A DNA stretch of 64,000 nucleotides. It comes from Neodothiora populina. Taxonomy: Eukaryota. The notes under the pieces are model-generated. The model was not told the DNA's origin. It was given only the letters and a program-made list of their open reading frames with translations, and ran no database searches. The DNA is taken from the NCBI RefSeq assembly GCF_041146345.1, contig NW_027191404.1, positions 2,170,001 to 2,234,000 of the forward strand, written 5' to 3'. Positions 1 to 12,598 of the stretch are shown here, in pieces (positions within the stretch are counted from its first letter, which is position 1; each line of letters begins with the position of its first letter). The translations under genes were made by a program, and so were the position numbers.

Positions 1-450
1 TGGGGACATCGGTATGCTCTGGGGAGGCTTATAATGGGCTTGCGTGGAACTGTGTGGTTGATCGTAACGCTGATCGTATTGCGTCTCATAGTGCTGGGTA
101 GGCCGTTGATCATATGGCTGCTCATACGACTGATCATAGGACTGGCCATGAGAACGACCGGCTGGTCCGTAGCCGGGTTGATTCGCACCGTGGCGAGTGT
201 AGTCATCTGCTGGTCGTTGTGGGGGATAGCCATTCACTTGCCCATACGCTGGTTGCCGGCTGTAGTCCATCCGTTCCTGGTCATAAGAGGGCTGGCCGTA
301 GCCGCGATCGGCGTAGCCAGTCTGTTCGGACATGGCATGGTTGAGGGTAGGGCGTTCATAGCTCGGCTGCATGTAATGTGGTCGCGGACCTTGTTGTGTG
401 AAATAGGGCCTACTGGGAGGCTGGTAGTGAGAGTTTGAATCGTAGGCCAT
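1..450 (-). CDS. 5' part of an unidentified gene with a Y/Q/G/S/D-rich low-complexity N-terminus; runs off the window start
   Basis: ATG at 450 opens a stop-free frame to position 1 (MAYDSNSHYQPPSRPYFTQQGPRPHYMQPSY...QSYDQSYEQPYDQRP...). It is absent from the ORF track because no stop lies in the window. Confidence 0.7.
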   Translation of the reverse strand, partial: MAYDSNSHYQPPSRPYFTQQGPRPHYMQPSYERPTLNHAMSEQTGYADRGYGQPSYDQERMDYSRQPAYGQVNGYPPQRPADDYTRHGANQPGYGPAGRSHGQSYDQSYEQPYDQRPTQHYETQYDQRYDQPHSSTQAHYKPPQSIPMSP

Positions 451-1745
451 CTCGAATGACCTTGTTTCTGGGTGGAAAAAATGCAAGTGGGCATGCGTAA
501 TAGCAGATCTGCGTCAAGGAATACAAGTACAACCAGCTTTCGAGTCAGGTGGTTTCACGAGCGGCCAAGTATGGGGGTGCGAAAGGCTGCTCTACAGTCA
601 GAAGCTAAGGGTGACAACAAGGCAAAACCCAGCTTCCTTGAGAATGGTGACACTTGTGACTTGTGAAGAGAAGGGAACCGAGCGTGCGCCGATATAGCGA
701 GCTACAGTGCAGGACAGTACAGTGCCAGTAAGACAGCAAAGAAGTGAAGACAGTGACACGCGCAGAGGCCAGCCGGCGGCTATGGATTGGCGATCTGAAG
801 TGCAAAAGGGAGTTTATTGTAAATGAGTGACTAGAAGGCCTTCCAGACTCATGTGTGGTGATGCAACACACTCACACACGAGCGCGCCAATGGAAAACGG
901 GAGAAACGAGAAAATGAAGTCAAAACCTGGTGCGCAACCACAACTCCGTCGCCCACATGCGGCGGTAGACTTGAGCAATAGCTAGAAGTTTGACATTAGT
1001 ATCAGCCCTACGCGTTTGGAACGAAAGCGCCGAAATAGAAGGACCCGATTCACGCGTGAAGTGGAGAATTGGACCCTTCGGCTCAGCCCCATGGCGGCTG
1101 TTGCTGCGTCACTAGTGTGCGGCAATGAAGGCAATGACATTTCTGTGCTATGCCCGGGGGGCGGCGGTGCTAAAACATCATGTCAAGTTACCTGGGTACA
1201 CATATACGAGCATCTTCAGGCATCAACTCAACTCAACCCTCTCGACTCCATGTAGTGCTTCACGCATCCCACGCAGCAAGTGCTGCGGCTGAGCCATTGC
1301 GTAAGGCAAGTGTTGTGTGCTACTAGTAGCTCATGTCCAAGGCAGGGAATGAGCTTTACGGTGGGGGCGGCATCTGTACTGCAACACAATTGCACTGCCC
1401 TCACAAGGCAGTCTACTAGTCTCCGTCTACGCACCCATCAGTGACTCTAATGCAACAACTGGAATTCGACAGTTCAGCATGCTTGCGCTGTACCTGTACG
1501 GACAATGTTGCCGCGTATGTGGATGGACGTCATCTCCAACGATCTTTCCTCAGTGTTTCCTTGCTTACCTACCTTATCTCCGCATACAAGTTGTACACTA
1601 ATGGCCCCCACGAAGTCTATAATAGAAGCGTGTCGTCGAGATCTTGAGATCTATATCCTCTCATCGAAGCATTGCATTACAGACCAGACCTTCTCTGACA
1701 TCCCTAGTCCCTATCCTAAAATCTTTCACGTTTTCACGAGCGACC

Positions 1746-3099
1746 ATGACTTCAGGTTACGCGGAGGGTGTCGTCGAAAGTGCGCCAGGACAGCAAGACA
1801 ACTATAACCCCCCACCATATAATCCACAGGACTACGAAATCGCCCCAGCTTTGCCTCCCCGAAGCGGTGTCGAAACGTCGGTGCAGTCAAACAGCTTGTT
1901 CCCACCTCCACCTGAACGTCCTGGTAGTTTCCAGTCAGCACATTCGGATGTAGATGTTTCCTCGCCTGGCCATTACACGAGAGATCCTCATAAGCTCACC
2001 GCTTATCTCATTCCATTCCCTAGACCTACGCTCAAGGGTGTCGCAACCGAGGCTCTTCCTCCTCGGTTCCTCATTTATACCCCTCCCCCGCCTCCTCTCA
2101 AACCTCCCAAGGAAGGCGAGAAGGAAAGCAAAGTCCACAAACTCCAGAGGAAATGGCAAGGAGAAGTACGGAGCGCAAAGACATCAGACGCCAAAACCGC
2201 TTCATGGCAAGGCCTCAAGGCCAAAGCCACGCGCGGCATCAATGTTGCCATGGGCTACACCAAGACGTCTAACCTGGAATTTGTTAACCGTCTTGGAGGG
2301 TCGAGTGATGACACTGCAGCAGGAACTTCAGCTGAGAACGGAAACCACGGGGCTGAAACGCACAAAACCGTGAAGCTCGAAGAAATAGTTATTGTCTATC
2401 CTTCTGACTTTGCCAGCACACCAGAAGCGCTTCGAAAGGAGTTTGTAGAGAGTCTGATGCGGACGAAGAGCAAAGCGGAAAGAGACGCTGTTTTGGCGAC
2501 TGGGCTATTACCAGTCAGCGCCGCTATCGATGTAAGTTTGACGACACAAGAACCATGATTTCGAGTACTGACGCTTGTGCGACAGCTCTGTCTTACCCTC
2601 GTCTGGCCTTTTGGTGGACTACTAGAGGTTCGTGTATCCCAAGACTTTACAGTAAAGGAGTAACGACTAACATTCCCATCAGATTGATGCTGTATGGGCA
2701 GCAGCAAGTTTCAAGGGTGCCAAAACAAGTCGTAGCGTGACAAAACGCCTGACCTCATCTTCTTCGACAGGAGCGCACGATCAAGACAAACTGCGTTTGT
2801 CCTTTTCCGCTTCTCCTCGTCTCGAAGTCCTGGAGAGATACCTAGCAGCAAGATGCCACGACAAGGATCCTAAAGTCTTCCCCGTCATGCGAACATCGCC
2901 AACGGAAACAGATGTGCTGGAAGCCATAGGTTGGTCACCCACACAGACCGGTGGAGTGGATCGGAACTGGGAAGACGAGCAGTGGGAGACGTCCGAAGTC
3001 AAGGACGACTTCAAAACGGTGATGCTGAAGGCGGCTGGCGAATGGGACAAATGGGTCAAGGCGTACGAGAAGAACCCCGAGAAGGCTGTCAAGAAATGA
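1746..3099 (+). CDS. Uncharacterised fungal protein, 3 exons (introns 2532-2585, 2628-2682)
   Basis: ORFs 1644-2558 and 2737-3099 join in frame through GTAAGT..CAG and GTTCGT..CAG introns with CTGAC/CTAAC branch points. Pro-rich N-terminus and a PRFLIYTPPPPP block. Confidence 0.75.
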
Positions 3100-4236
3100 G
3101 GTCTCATTGTCGTGACGCGGCCGCATTCCTTCGTGTTTTACCTGGCGCTGGATTTTCTGTCAAGCTCCGAATCGAAACATCACAACAACATGAGAAATGC
3201 ACCCAATGAGAAACGACCTTCTCGGCTCCGTGTAAAGTTCAAAGCAGGAGTACCAGAATCTATCGATCACAAACCCATCTGGTACCTAGATCACACCTCG
3301 ACTATAGGGATCTAGTGGGTAATAATTCGAATGTGCATCGAACCTAGACATGGACCAATTGGCTATTGAACCGCAAAGCAACAATTTCGATGCAAATCTA
3401 ATGTCATTGCCTATCCTAACCCGATCAAGTTAGCCTCGTAAAAGGTTTGCCACTCTGTTGTGAGGATGGCGTGCAGGACAACACCTTTAGACCAAGTGCA
3501 TGTGCTGCGTTAAGTCGCAGGCTCGAGACTAGCCCTGTACAGCTAGCTCCGAGCTTAATACAGCTTATTGGCGCTGCTCATAGCGTGAACTTCCACAGTG
3601 CATGTATGGACGTCTCGAGAACAATCGCCTAATTTCAAGAAGTGTACTGTGTGCTAAATAAATCATGGCAATCACTCAGTTTGTTGTAAGGGAGAGATAC
3701 CTCAGGTATGCTAGTTAATGTTGAAGTATATAGGTCCATAGGGATGGTTTGGTGTAGAATCAATTGAATTACCCTCCTTAAGGGAGGGTGGATGATCTTG
3801 ACTATTTGTACATTGAGTGCCCTCTTGACTACCAGCCCTCTCAAAGGTCTGTCACAAGGGTTCCATCCAGTCTTCTCAACAGTCAATACCGTCGTCGCGA
3901 TGCAAAACATATCACTTGGACACTATGTGTTTCGTTCTGGATGTTGTGTCGGTGCACTTATGGTCGTGTTCGAGCTTGCGCTCATCCGGACTTGACCGGC
4001 TTTACTCTGTCGACCATAGGTATAGTAGTCAATGTGGTGTTTAGGCTTGCCCGTGTGGGATGGCTCGAGTCCCGCACATCGCACTCACTCCAGTGATCCT
4101 ATGTAAGTCTCTGCTCTACGGCTTCACACCTCTACCATACTATTTTTATTGAGATTCCTTAAGAAGGGGTAATCTAATTAATTCCTCACTAAGATACCCT
4201 TCCGTTCCTATAGACCTACATACTTCAACAATTTCT

Positions 4237-5444
4237 CTATGCTGCACTTCCCTCTCTCTCCAGCCTGATACGCCAATCACAAACATGGGGAAACGCACAA
4301 TCGCATCGCACCTCGTCCGCAGGCTTGACCCGACGCATAGTCACAGAATATCTATCCCTTCTGGGCACTATGCTCGTTCCCTCCTGGTCGAACCTCCGTC
4401 CTTTGATGCCGTGTGTATAGCCGTATCGCGACGCGCCCTTCATGATCAGTAGTGAGCGGGGCGGCAACACTAATTCCCACTCCTCTGCGTCCGCGTCCGC
4501 TTTCTCCTGGAATGGCAGTGGCGACGCATCACGTTGTGATGACGGTGACGGGGGCGGTGTTGATGATTCTTTGTCGCCCAATGACCGCTTGGGCAAGCGC
4601 ATGCGTCTCGCTTCTTTGGCGCCGCATTGTCGGAACTGCATAGGCACGTCCGCGCCGAAACTTAGACTGTATAGCGATTCTTCGAAGGCCGAGTGCGTGT
4701 CTACGTGCGGCGGAATGCCCGTGCCGGGAGGGTAGTATTGGATCGTGAATTGGTCTGGAATGTCTCGTATGTCTTGGGCCGGTAGACGATCCAATAGTTG
4801 TGTCAGGTATGTGGGAGGAGGCGTATGTGCTGAGGTCGAGGTGGCGAATGTCGTGTAGTCAAAGTGAGGGCCGAAGTGGAGCGCTCCGCGCTTTAAGGTA
4901 CCTCCGTCACAGGCCTGCACTGTGGAGTGGTACTCCCTGATCATCTCTACTTCTTCCTCGGGCGTTAGGAAGTCGTAGATTATTTGGAGTCCGTTAGGAA
5001 ATGTGTGGATCTTGGGTTCGGTGGTGGAGATTGATGGTGCTGGATGACTTGGTTTCAGTCCTTCCAGAACACGTTCTACGGCAGCAGGGACTGCAAATTC
5101 AAGCAGAGCACCTTGTGCGCCAACCTCCATTGCAGCGACCGCCTTTGCCGGAGACGCATAATGAATAAGGGCATAAGGCTTTCAAGACGTCAATAATTGG
5201 TCAAAGCAAGGAAACTGGTGAAGATTATACATACTTTCCCAAGCAGTTCCACGACATGTACTGGACTACCAGGCAGATTCTCGATGCGTGCAATTCCGGT
5301 GCGAGCCCTCGCCTCCATGTTCCCGGCATTGAGCAGCCATACCCATTCACTTTGCAGAGGTGCGGCTATAAGCTCGTCCACCGGAGTTCGTTCCATGGTC
5401 GAGATGGTGAGTAAGGATTTGGTGCGAGCATCTTGAACCCTCAT
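4237..5444 (-). CDS. AlkB-family 2OG-Fe(II) dioxygenase, ALKBH8-like (intron 5179-5234)
   Basis: HxD in YPPGTGIPPHVDTH, distal His in YTHGI, RYSVTMR, and a C-terminal CxC..C zinc motif. The spliced upstream exon gives an RRM-like GKPYALIHY segment. Start at 5444 or 5396 is uncertain. Confidence 0.85.
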
Positions 5445-6262
5445 GCTTGTACAGAATGCGCGCAGTCGGTCTGGAGCGCAGATATCGCAAGAAATGAATG
5501 GCCTGTTAACTATTTATCGAGACAATCTGAATGTTAGGCCGCATGTTTCTCTCTGATATAATTCAGGTATGTTCGAAGTTGGGGTATCAAGGTATAATTG
5601 TCGGAGTTGAAGAACTAAGTCAGCACTTCGAACAGAAAGTATTCGTCTGTAAAATGGATCAAATCACTCAATGGATCCAGATCGCAGTCGTATGGTTTGT
5701 GTTTCTAACAGAGACCAGCAGATGATGTTTGATGGTCGCCACATCTGCGGACCATGTTTTATTTATTTTCGTCATTGGATATACAGTGCTGTGTCTCGCA
5801 CGCAATCGTACAACTATTCCCGAGGTAAGAACAATAATTCTTCCCCACAGCACTCACTACTAGGTAGACTCTCAGGTACTGTACCTACCCTACAGTAGAC
5901 TGCGGCGGAGAATCGATGCCCCGAAAGCCGGACCTGGCCCGTGATATGGCTCAGTCACGCAAAATCGATAAATAGAACAGGACAGGAAATCTGCTACCAA
6001 TACATAAAGTAGCAATGTTATTTTCATTCTATCTTCAAAAACTACTCTTTGCTTGCTCATACCTCACAGGCAGATTGTTTTCGTTGCAAAGCCATATCCA
6101 CTCTCGCGTTCAAAGACGCTGATCCAAAGTTTCCCCAATTTGATGCGCCGTGCCCGAATCCTAAATTAAACCACTGATAGACTGTTCATGGGTCGAAGAA
6201 GATTTTTTGATACTGCCAATTGCGACAGAAGCGTAAAGATCGTGCACATGTTCGCGGCGCGC

Positions 6263-7180
6263 TTATTGCTTTTTTGCTTCTTCGGCCAGCCTGTCGTGTT
6301 CGTCGATGTCTTGAGCCTCCCTGTATCCCCATTCTATTAGCACAATCTCAAAGGAATACGTTGGTACAGTACTACTCACCAGGGGTAGCAGATCCACTCG
6401 TCGCCGCAGGTGACGGCAGCGTAGTATCGTTCCTTGACAAGGTCCTCTGGTAGCTTGCCCTTCTTTTGCTTGTCCTTGTTGTGAACGACGAAGATGGAGA
6501 AGTTGGTTTTCTCTGCGGTGCGACCGAGGGCTTCGGTAGCCTGCTGGACGTCCTTCTCGAGCTCGCGCACTGCGTACTCGAGGGTTGTGCGGGTGTCATC
6601 GACTTCGTCCACGATCAGGACGTTCTTGCCGATCAGGTTGGCCATCTCGAGGGAAGAAAGGTCGAGCCATTGTGTGCGAGTGACCTTGGTGCCGGGAATC
6701 TCCTCAGGTGTTTCGGTGCCGAGCGACTCGTAGAGCGACAGACCGATTGCTTGAATTGGGATGTTGGGGTTGCCAGGCTTCTTGAGGAAAGAGCTGTGTT
6801 TATGCGTCAGAATTGTTCAATGCGGGGCCGTGTCATTTAGAGCAGGCAGAGGCGAGAGGATGACGGTACCGGAGGATACGAGCAGGAACGTAGCCACCAC
6901 CGCCAATGGCGATCATGAGGTTGGGTGTGAAGTCGTCAAGGATGCGCTCAGCCGTCTGCTGGCACAGCTTGTGCACCTATCCGTCGCATAATCGTCAGTG
7001 AACAGGGTGTGAAGCTTGCGTGCTAGGTAGAGAGAGCAACACAACATGTGCATCCGGCTCAGGTGGCTTGGAGGGGCAAACCACGGTATACCATGGCGGG
7101 GTCACTGTCAATCCAGTCACGAATCACGGGAATGCGAGTAGACCTACATCGTTGTATGTGACGTAGATTTTTTGCACCAT
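6263..7180 (-). CDS. XPT1: Xanthine/hypoxanthine-guanine phosphoribosyltransferase (Xpt1/Hpt1 family), 4 exons
   Basis: MVQKIYVTYND / AIGGGGYVPARILR / PRPP-binding VLIVDEVDDTRTTL / WICYPWEA. Three canonical introns. Confidence 0.92.
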
Positions 7181-7840
7181 GATGGATAGATATGTGTCTT
7201 TCGTGGACGGGCTCGAAGTTCTCGCACTGCAGTATGGCGCAAAACACAAAGCGTAAATCTGTATCTGCCTGATCAAGGAGAAAGCTGCTCGAAGATTGGG
7301 GGATTTTTTTTTACTTCTTTTTCTTTTGATCTATAGAGTTGTTGCCCAAGGCAGAAACGAGACCACGCTAGTCCTTACCATAAGTCGAGACCCTGAAACT
7401 GTGACGTGAAATGGTCGGAGGTCCCCGCCAATTTTTTGTGTCACTGACGATCGCCGACAACTTTTGTTCTGAGCTTACTGTAAGTCAAGCTACATTGCTA
7501 TATCTTACACATTCTTTTGCTGCTCAAGATACATATCGCGTGGCTAGCGACATCATCGCCGAATTCACCTCTACGATTGCTTCATAGACACGTCCACTCA
7601 GCTGGTCTGGGACGTGTTCCCGATAGGATCTGGTCGGCACATGTCAATTGTCGCTGACCGGGGCTATTTCAGCCTCCGGTAATCTTATATAGTAAAAGCC
7701 TCTCTGCCCCCCAGTCCTGCCCAAATGCCGCTACTAAAAGTACCATTTTGTCTCGCAAAATGTCAATGTTGTGTCCAATTATAAGCAAGCCGTAGACACG
7801 ACAACAAGAATTTTAAATGTGGTTTCAGAGGTCACGCGGC

Positions 7841-9936
7841 TTAAAACAGCCTCTTCCTCTTTCGCTCTTCGGGACCTTCCTCGCCCCCATCCCTTTGCGC
7901 ACTTTCCGTGGGATTGAGCAGAGAGTGGACATTACTCGCCATACTGCTTCTTCGCGTTGGTGGCGCCGATGCTTCAACGCCTTTGAAAGGGAATTTGGGT
8001 CCTGGTAGCTGCCATCCTTCGCTGTTAGGGTTTCCGTAAGAGGGGGCACCGTGTTCAGGAGGCGGTGTAACCTGACGGGAAGATTGGGAATTGCCCTTTG
8101 GGATCTCGTATTGGGCCAGAGCGTGTCGCAGTTGCTGGTCTTCTGCGTTTGCAGGCTGGCGATATGGCGAAGAAGGCCATTGCGACGAATTCTGGCCTGA
8201 AGCATAGGGCGAGTCTCCAGTGTTGGGTAATGCGGGGACTGGCGGTGGCGCACCGGGGCCTTGCCAACCCTGCAGGCGAATGTCGGCTGAAGTGTGACGG
8301 CGGAGCAGATTCATTGGGGGAGAGGCACCCCCGGCCACTGTCAAGTGCTGTTGCTGGGTTGCCGGCTGCGGCTGTGGTTGCGGGGCAGCCTGTGGCGCTG
8401 GGGGCGGTGGTAGAGAATAGTTCGCTGGAGGGTGAGGTCGCATCGAAGAGGGCGAAGACGAACCGTTGGGACCACTTGGTCCGCTGGTGGAGCCATAACG
8501 GCGGGGCGACACTAATAGATGGGGTGGCATTGGCGTGCGGAAAGACGAGGTACGAGAAGTCGGCTGGAGAGACGGGCGGCGCGAAGAGTCATATGCTTGT
8601 TGTCGTGGTGAAACGGGTCCCATGGCCTCGTATGCATGTGTTTGCGCGAATGGTGGCCTGCCTGGTTGACCTAATTCCGTCGGACCATCGTACAATCTCA
8701 TGATTTCCGCTTGCCTGTTGATTTCTGCACGCAGATTGGAGACGTCCTTGTGTACTGAGTTGTCTGGATCCGGCACAAGCACGATGAGTTGACTCGAAAG
8801 CTCACTGCTCCACTGATTGAACGTCAGCTTGATCATTCCAAGATTTTCGGTCGATAGTAACCTACGTAATGACACCTTGACAGGCCCTCGGAAAGCATTT
8901 GGCATTTAGAGCTCATGTTTGAGAAAGCCTCTTCGGTTCGAGCAAGTCTGGCATATAGATCTTGAAGGTTGAATTCCAACATACTCAATCGGGTCTCAAC
9001 TGGGTCGGGCATTGGTTCCATGGGTGCGCCCGGTGGCGGGGGAGGAGGTGGTTGGATTGACATCTTAGGCGCATTCGAAAAGGAGTCGCGGTGTATGAGC
9101 GTGTGACGAGATGCGCGACGCTTGATATCCCTCAGACCATTCAGATCGCCCCTTCGAAAATTATTGTTCCCGTGTTTGAACTCCCACAGCGGTGAATCGG
9201 GAGAGCCTGTGTGAAAGACATCGCTCACTATTCCGGAAGTCAATATCGATGGATGGCATAGCAAGGAGACGCTGGTGAGTGGGTACCTTTGTGAAACCCG
9301 TACATGTTGAGCTGTCTTACGAACGAGGAAATATTAGTGTGTTTGAAGTATGACCTGGGATAGCTGTCAGCATCAAGTTTCAGCCGTAAGGGTCGTGTGA
9401 GTTGGCCTTACGCAAGAACTTTAGAAAACTCTGTAGACGGAGACATGACGAAACTTTCGTTGGAACTCGACCATGAGATCAAGTGTTGTATGCTTTGATC
9501 TTCTAGCATGCTGTTACGGAGTGGTTAGCATGGCGTGGATTCAGGGAGACGTCGTTCAACGCTGCAGGACGGCGGCGACGGTGACGACGGCACGATGTCA
9601 GGCTCACCTATATAATTTATGGATGAAAGCAGCACTGATAGCTTTTGGTTGTTGCGCCGCGGCGGCAGCGCCAACTGGATGTTGTGGATTGCCATTTTGG
9701 TGACCTTCTCTCTCTTGAATACCGCTCGAATGGCTGCTCTGTGGGGCACCGCCTGGGCTATCGTTTGAGTTGGGGGCACGGGGGGTGTTGTCCGCACTTG
9801 TATCCATTGGCTCACTCCGACTTGACATGGGCGAAGGGCTGGTGGTGGACAGAAGTGGGACCGTCCGACTGGGCAGGTCGGCGTTGCGGTCGGAGGGAAA
9901 AGGACTGCGATGGGGGGAACGCTCGACGGCGGTCAT
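7841..9936 (-). CDS. HSF-type DNA-binding transcription factor, Sfl1-like, 5 exons
   Basis: The HSF domain is split by introns: AFIHKLY, LISWSSSNESFVM, YFKHTNISSFVRQLNMYGFHK, WEFKHG. A coiled coil and a P/Q/S-rich tail ending VHSLLNP...RKRKRL follow. Confidence 0.9.
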
Positions 9937-9981
9937 GATTGTGAGTGGGAAAGGTGTGTTGAATCCAGGATGCAGGCTGCA

Positions 9982-10010
9982 GTGGTGGTGGTGGTGGTGG
10001 TGGTTGTGGT
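9982..10010. repeat. (GTG)n/(CAC)n microsatellite in the 5' region of the HSF-type gene
   Basis: gtggtggtggtggtggtggtggttgtggt. Confidence 0.9.
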
Positions 10011-12598
10011 GTCGACAACGATGCAACAGTTGTCAGTGACGAGTAAATTGCTCTCTCGGGGCATGCGTTCGGCTGCGGATCGTGATGTCGCAATGCACAC
10101 ACAGGTCGGGAGCACTAGGAGTTTAGGCAAAGGTAACCTTGTGGCTCATACTGTAGCTGAGATGGTCAGGAGCAGGGAAAGCAAATGGTTTCGGTGAAAA
10201 TGCGGGCTGACTGGGGAGCAAGTAGGGCTTGTTTCCCAAGAAGTTGGTGAATGAGTGGGTTCGGAGGGGGTGGAAGGGGTTTCCTTACTCGAGATAGTAT
10301 TACAACAAGCTGCAGATCCTTTTGGCAAAAGAGATGTCGGTTGTGGTCCTTGACCCTGTCAGGATCAGGAAGATGTGGCGGCACGATCTATGCTACTGTA
10401 TGCTTGTTCGATAAAGCCTAGGCGCGTCGAGAAGTTGCGGGGCGGAAAACGGGTCTTGACTCACGAATGGCTCATCCAGCTATTTTGAGCCAAGAGCCGT
10501 GAGCCTTGAGTTGGTCGAGATCAAGGTTTGAGCCGCCGACCGACCAAAGCAAGACGTCTCAACTCTCACCAACGTTACGCGCGCCGGAAGCCGGATGGAC
10601 AGGCAGGAACATGCAGGAACTTCGTCCTCGAGATGCCTGATGCAAGTTCACTGACCTGACAAGCCTCGAGGGCAGATTGAACGGCGACGCAGAATAACAG
10701 TGCCAACGCTAGCGGGCGGCTTTTGGACCAGTCAAGGGGCTACTGTATCCGATGTTAATGGGTAAATGGATGTACATTAACAGAAGAGACTAGGCATACA
10801 CACTATTGGTCGCCTGATAGCACTGCACGAGCAAGCAAGCGAGCATGAAGCGAGCGACGATTGCTAACCGCGTGTCCGCTGTACGGACCAGAGTATCGTC
10901 CCGTCCAACGAAACGAAAACACACACCCACCCCCCCCCCCCGAAAGGAAATTATGGAGATTCCAAGAGGACCGTGTTAGGATCTATGATTTGGGTGTGTC
11001 AAGGGTACAAGTACTCCCTGCAGTTGTACTATATCTCAACCCAAGGAAGGATTCCGCTCTGCAAACCGGTGAAACATGAGTGGAGGATAAATTGCTGAGC
11101 TTGAACCCTGGGGAGCTTCGACGTTCAGACTTGACCTTCCGACCTAACCTACTGCGCCGGTCGTTGGTGCTAATTACCAGCCAGTACAAGGACCACCGAC
11201 GCTCCTGTCACTGCTGTTTACCGACTTGAAAGCATGCAGTTGGATGTGCGATTGCCTGCAGTCTCGCCTGCATTATTAGATTCTTCTCTGCAGTAACCTT
11301 GATCTGCCTTGGAAGTTCCACCAGAAACCCGGCGTGGCTTTTCCACACACTGCAAGGTCGCATTACACCATGCCAATCTACCTTACCCGTACCCTTGTTT
11401 GTTGCACTACCTGATCTTGGAAGAGTCCAAGGTAAAGTTTCTAGAAGGACTGTGCACCACCTGCCACTCGCCATCGCTGCCGATCTGCCTGCCGCGCTCT
11501 CCGTGCCCCGAGAGCTTGGCCGGACCTTTGCCCGTTTAACAGCAGAGACTGGCCTAAGATGGAGCCAAGGGTCAGCCACCACCTCAGCGGTCTCCCACCC
11601 CCCTGGGAGAACAACCCCGATGTAGGTCTTGATCGTGATGAGTACAGTAATACCAATGCTTCCTCCGCATGTAATTGCCTTGGTGAGCTCTTGGTATTGC
11701 TGGGCTAGCGAGCCTCCGTTACGAGTCGTGTTTTGTCTCTTACTCAGTGATCGATCGGGCCGCTGCCGAGTGTTCCCTGTCGAACCGCAAAACTGTATCT
11801 GATCGAGATGTCGAATTCATCATATCATGGTACCAACTAGCTGCACTGTACAGAAGATACGAAAGACAATTCTTCGATAGTGGCTACAACCGCATAAGGG
11901 CTACCTTATGCGAGTGATTTTTTCCCACGAGGGCCCCACTGGCTGTTACGAGTCGTGATTCACAGATTGACTTTGACAGAATTGAGATGCTCGCTCGTGT
12001 CTTTGCTCGGCTCCGAATCATTTGTATTTCTCCAAAGTACGGATCGTCGTCATGACCTGTACAAAGTACAGTACAGCGTGGTAATAAGGTAAACTGCGAA
12101 ATCTCGAAATTCTAACTGTCTACTACTCATGCAGGCCTCACGTTTCCTGGTCAGTGCGACAGGTGCGAGTTCCTCGTTCTCCAAGCCACATGCTCGGCTA
12201 CCCGTACATGGAACGGACCAGTGTATTCAGATCGCTTTGTTGAGCGGCATGCCGTGGCTGCCTCGAACAGAGGAAATTTTGGACGATATGCTAAAGACTG
12301 TTGAGTAGGTTATTATCAAGTTTCTTTTCGATTTACTGCAAAAGGAAAAGGCTCCTGCGGATATCTCGCGGACCTGCGGGAAAGCCTCCGGTCTTCTTAA
12401 GCCCGTAAGTCGTCTATTGTCCGCCATTGGGCTGACAATTACCGCCAAAAGATCTCGTTGATCGCCATTACGCCTGCTCCATTTCTACCCGAACCCATGA
12501 TGATCCCTTCAGATTTTCCATTCAACGTCCTCGTATTCAACTTGTGTCACAATCGGTCATTTCTTTAATCGATGCAGATTATCCTTGCCGCAGATCGC

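Noticed and set aside
34..438. Hydrophobic plus-strand ORF
   Set aside because: It is the antisense mirror of the Y/Q/D-rich minus-strand frame.
4005..4120. 5S rRNA start (CGACCATAGG)
   Set aside because: The downstream sequence does not follow the 5S consensus.
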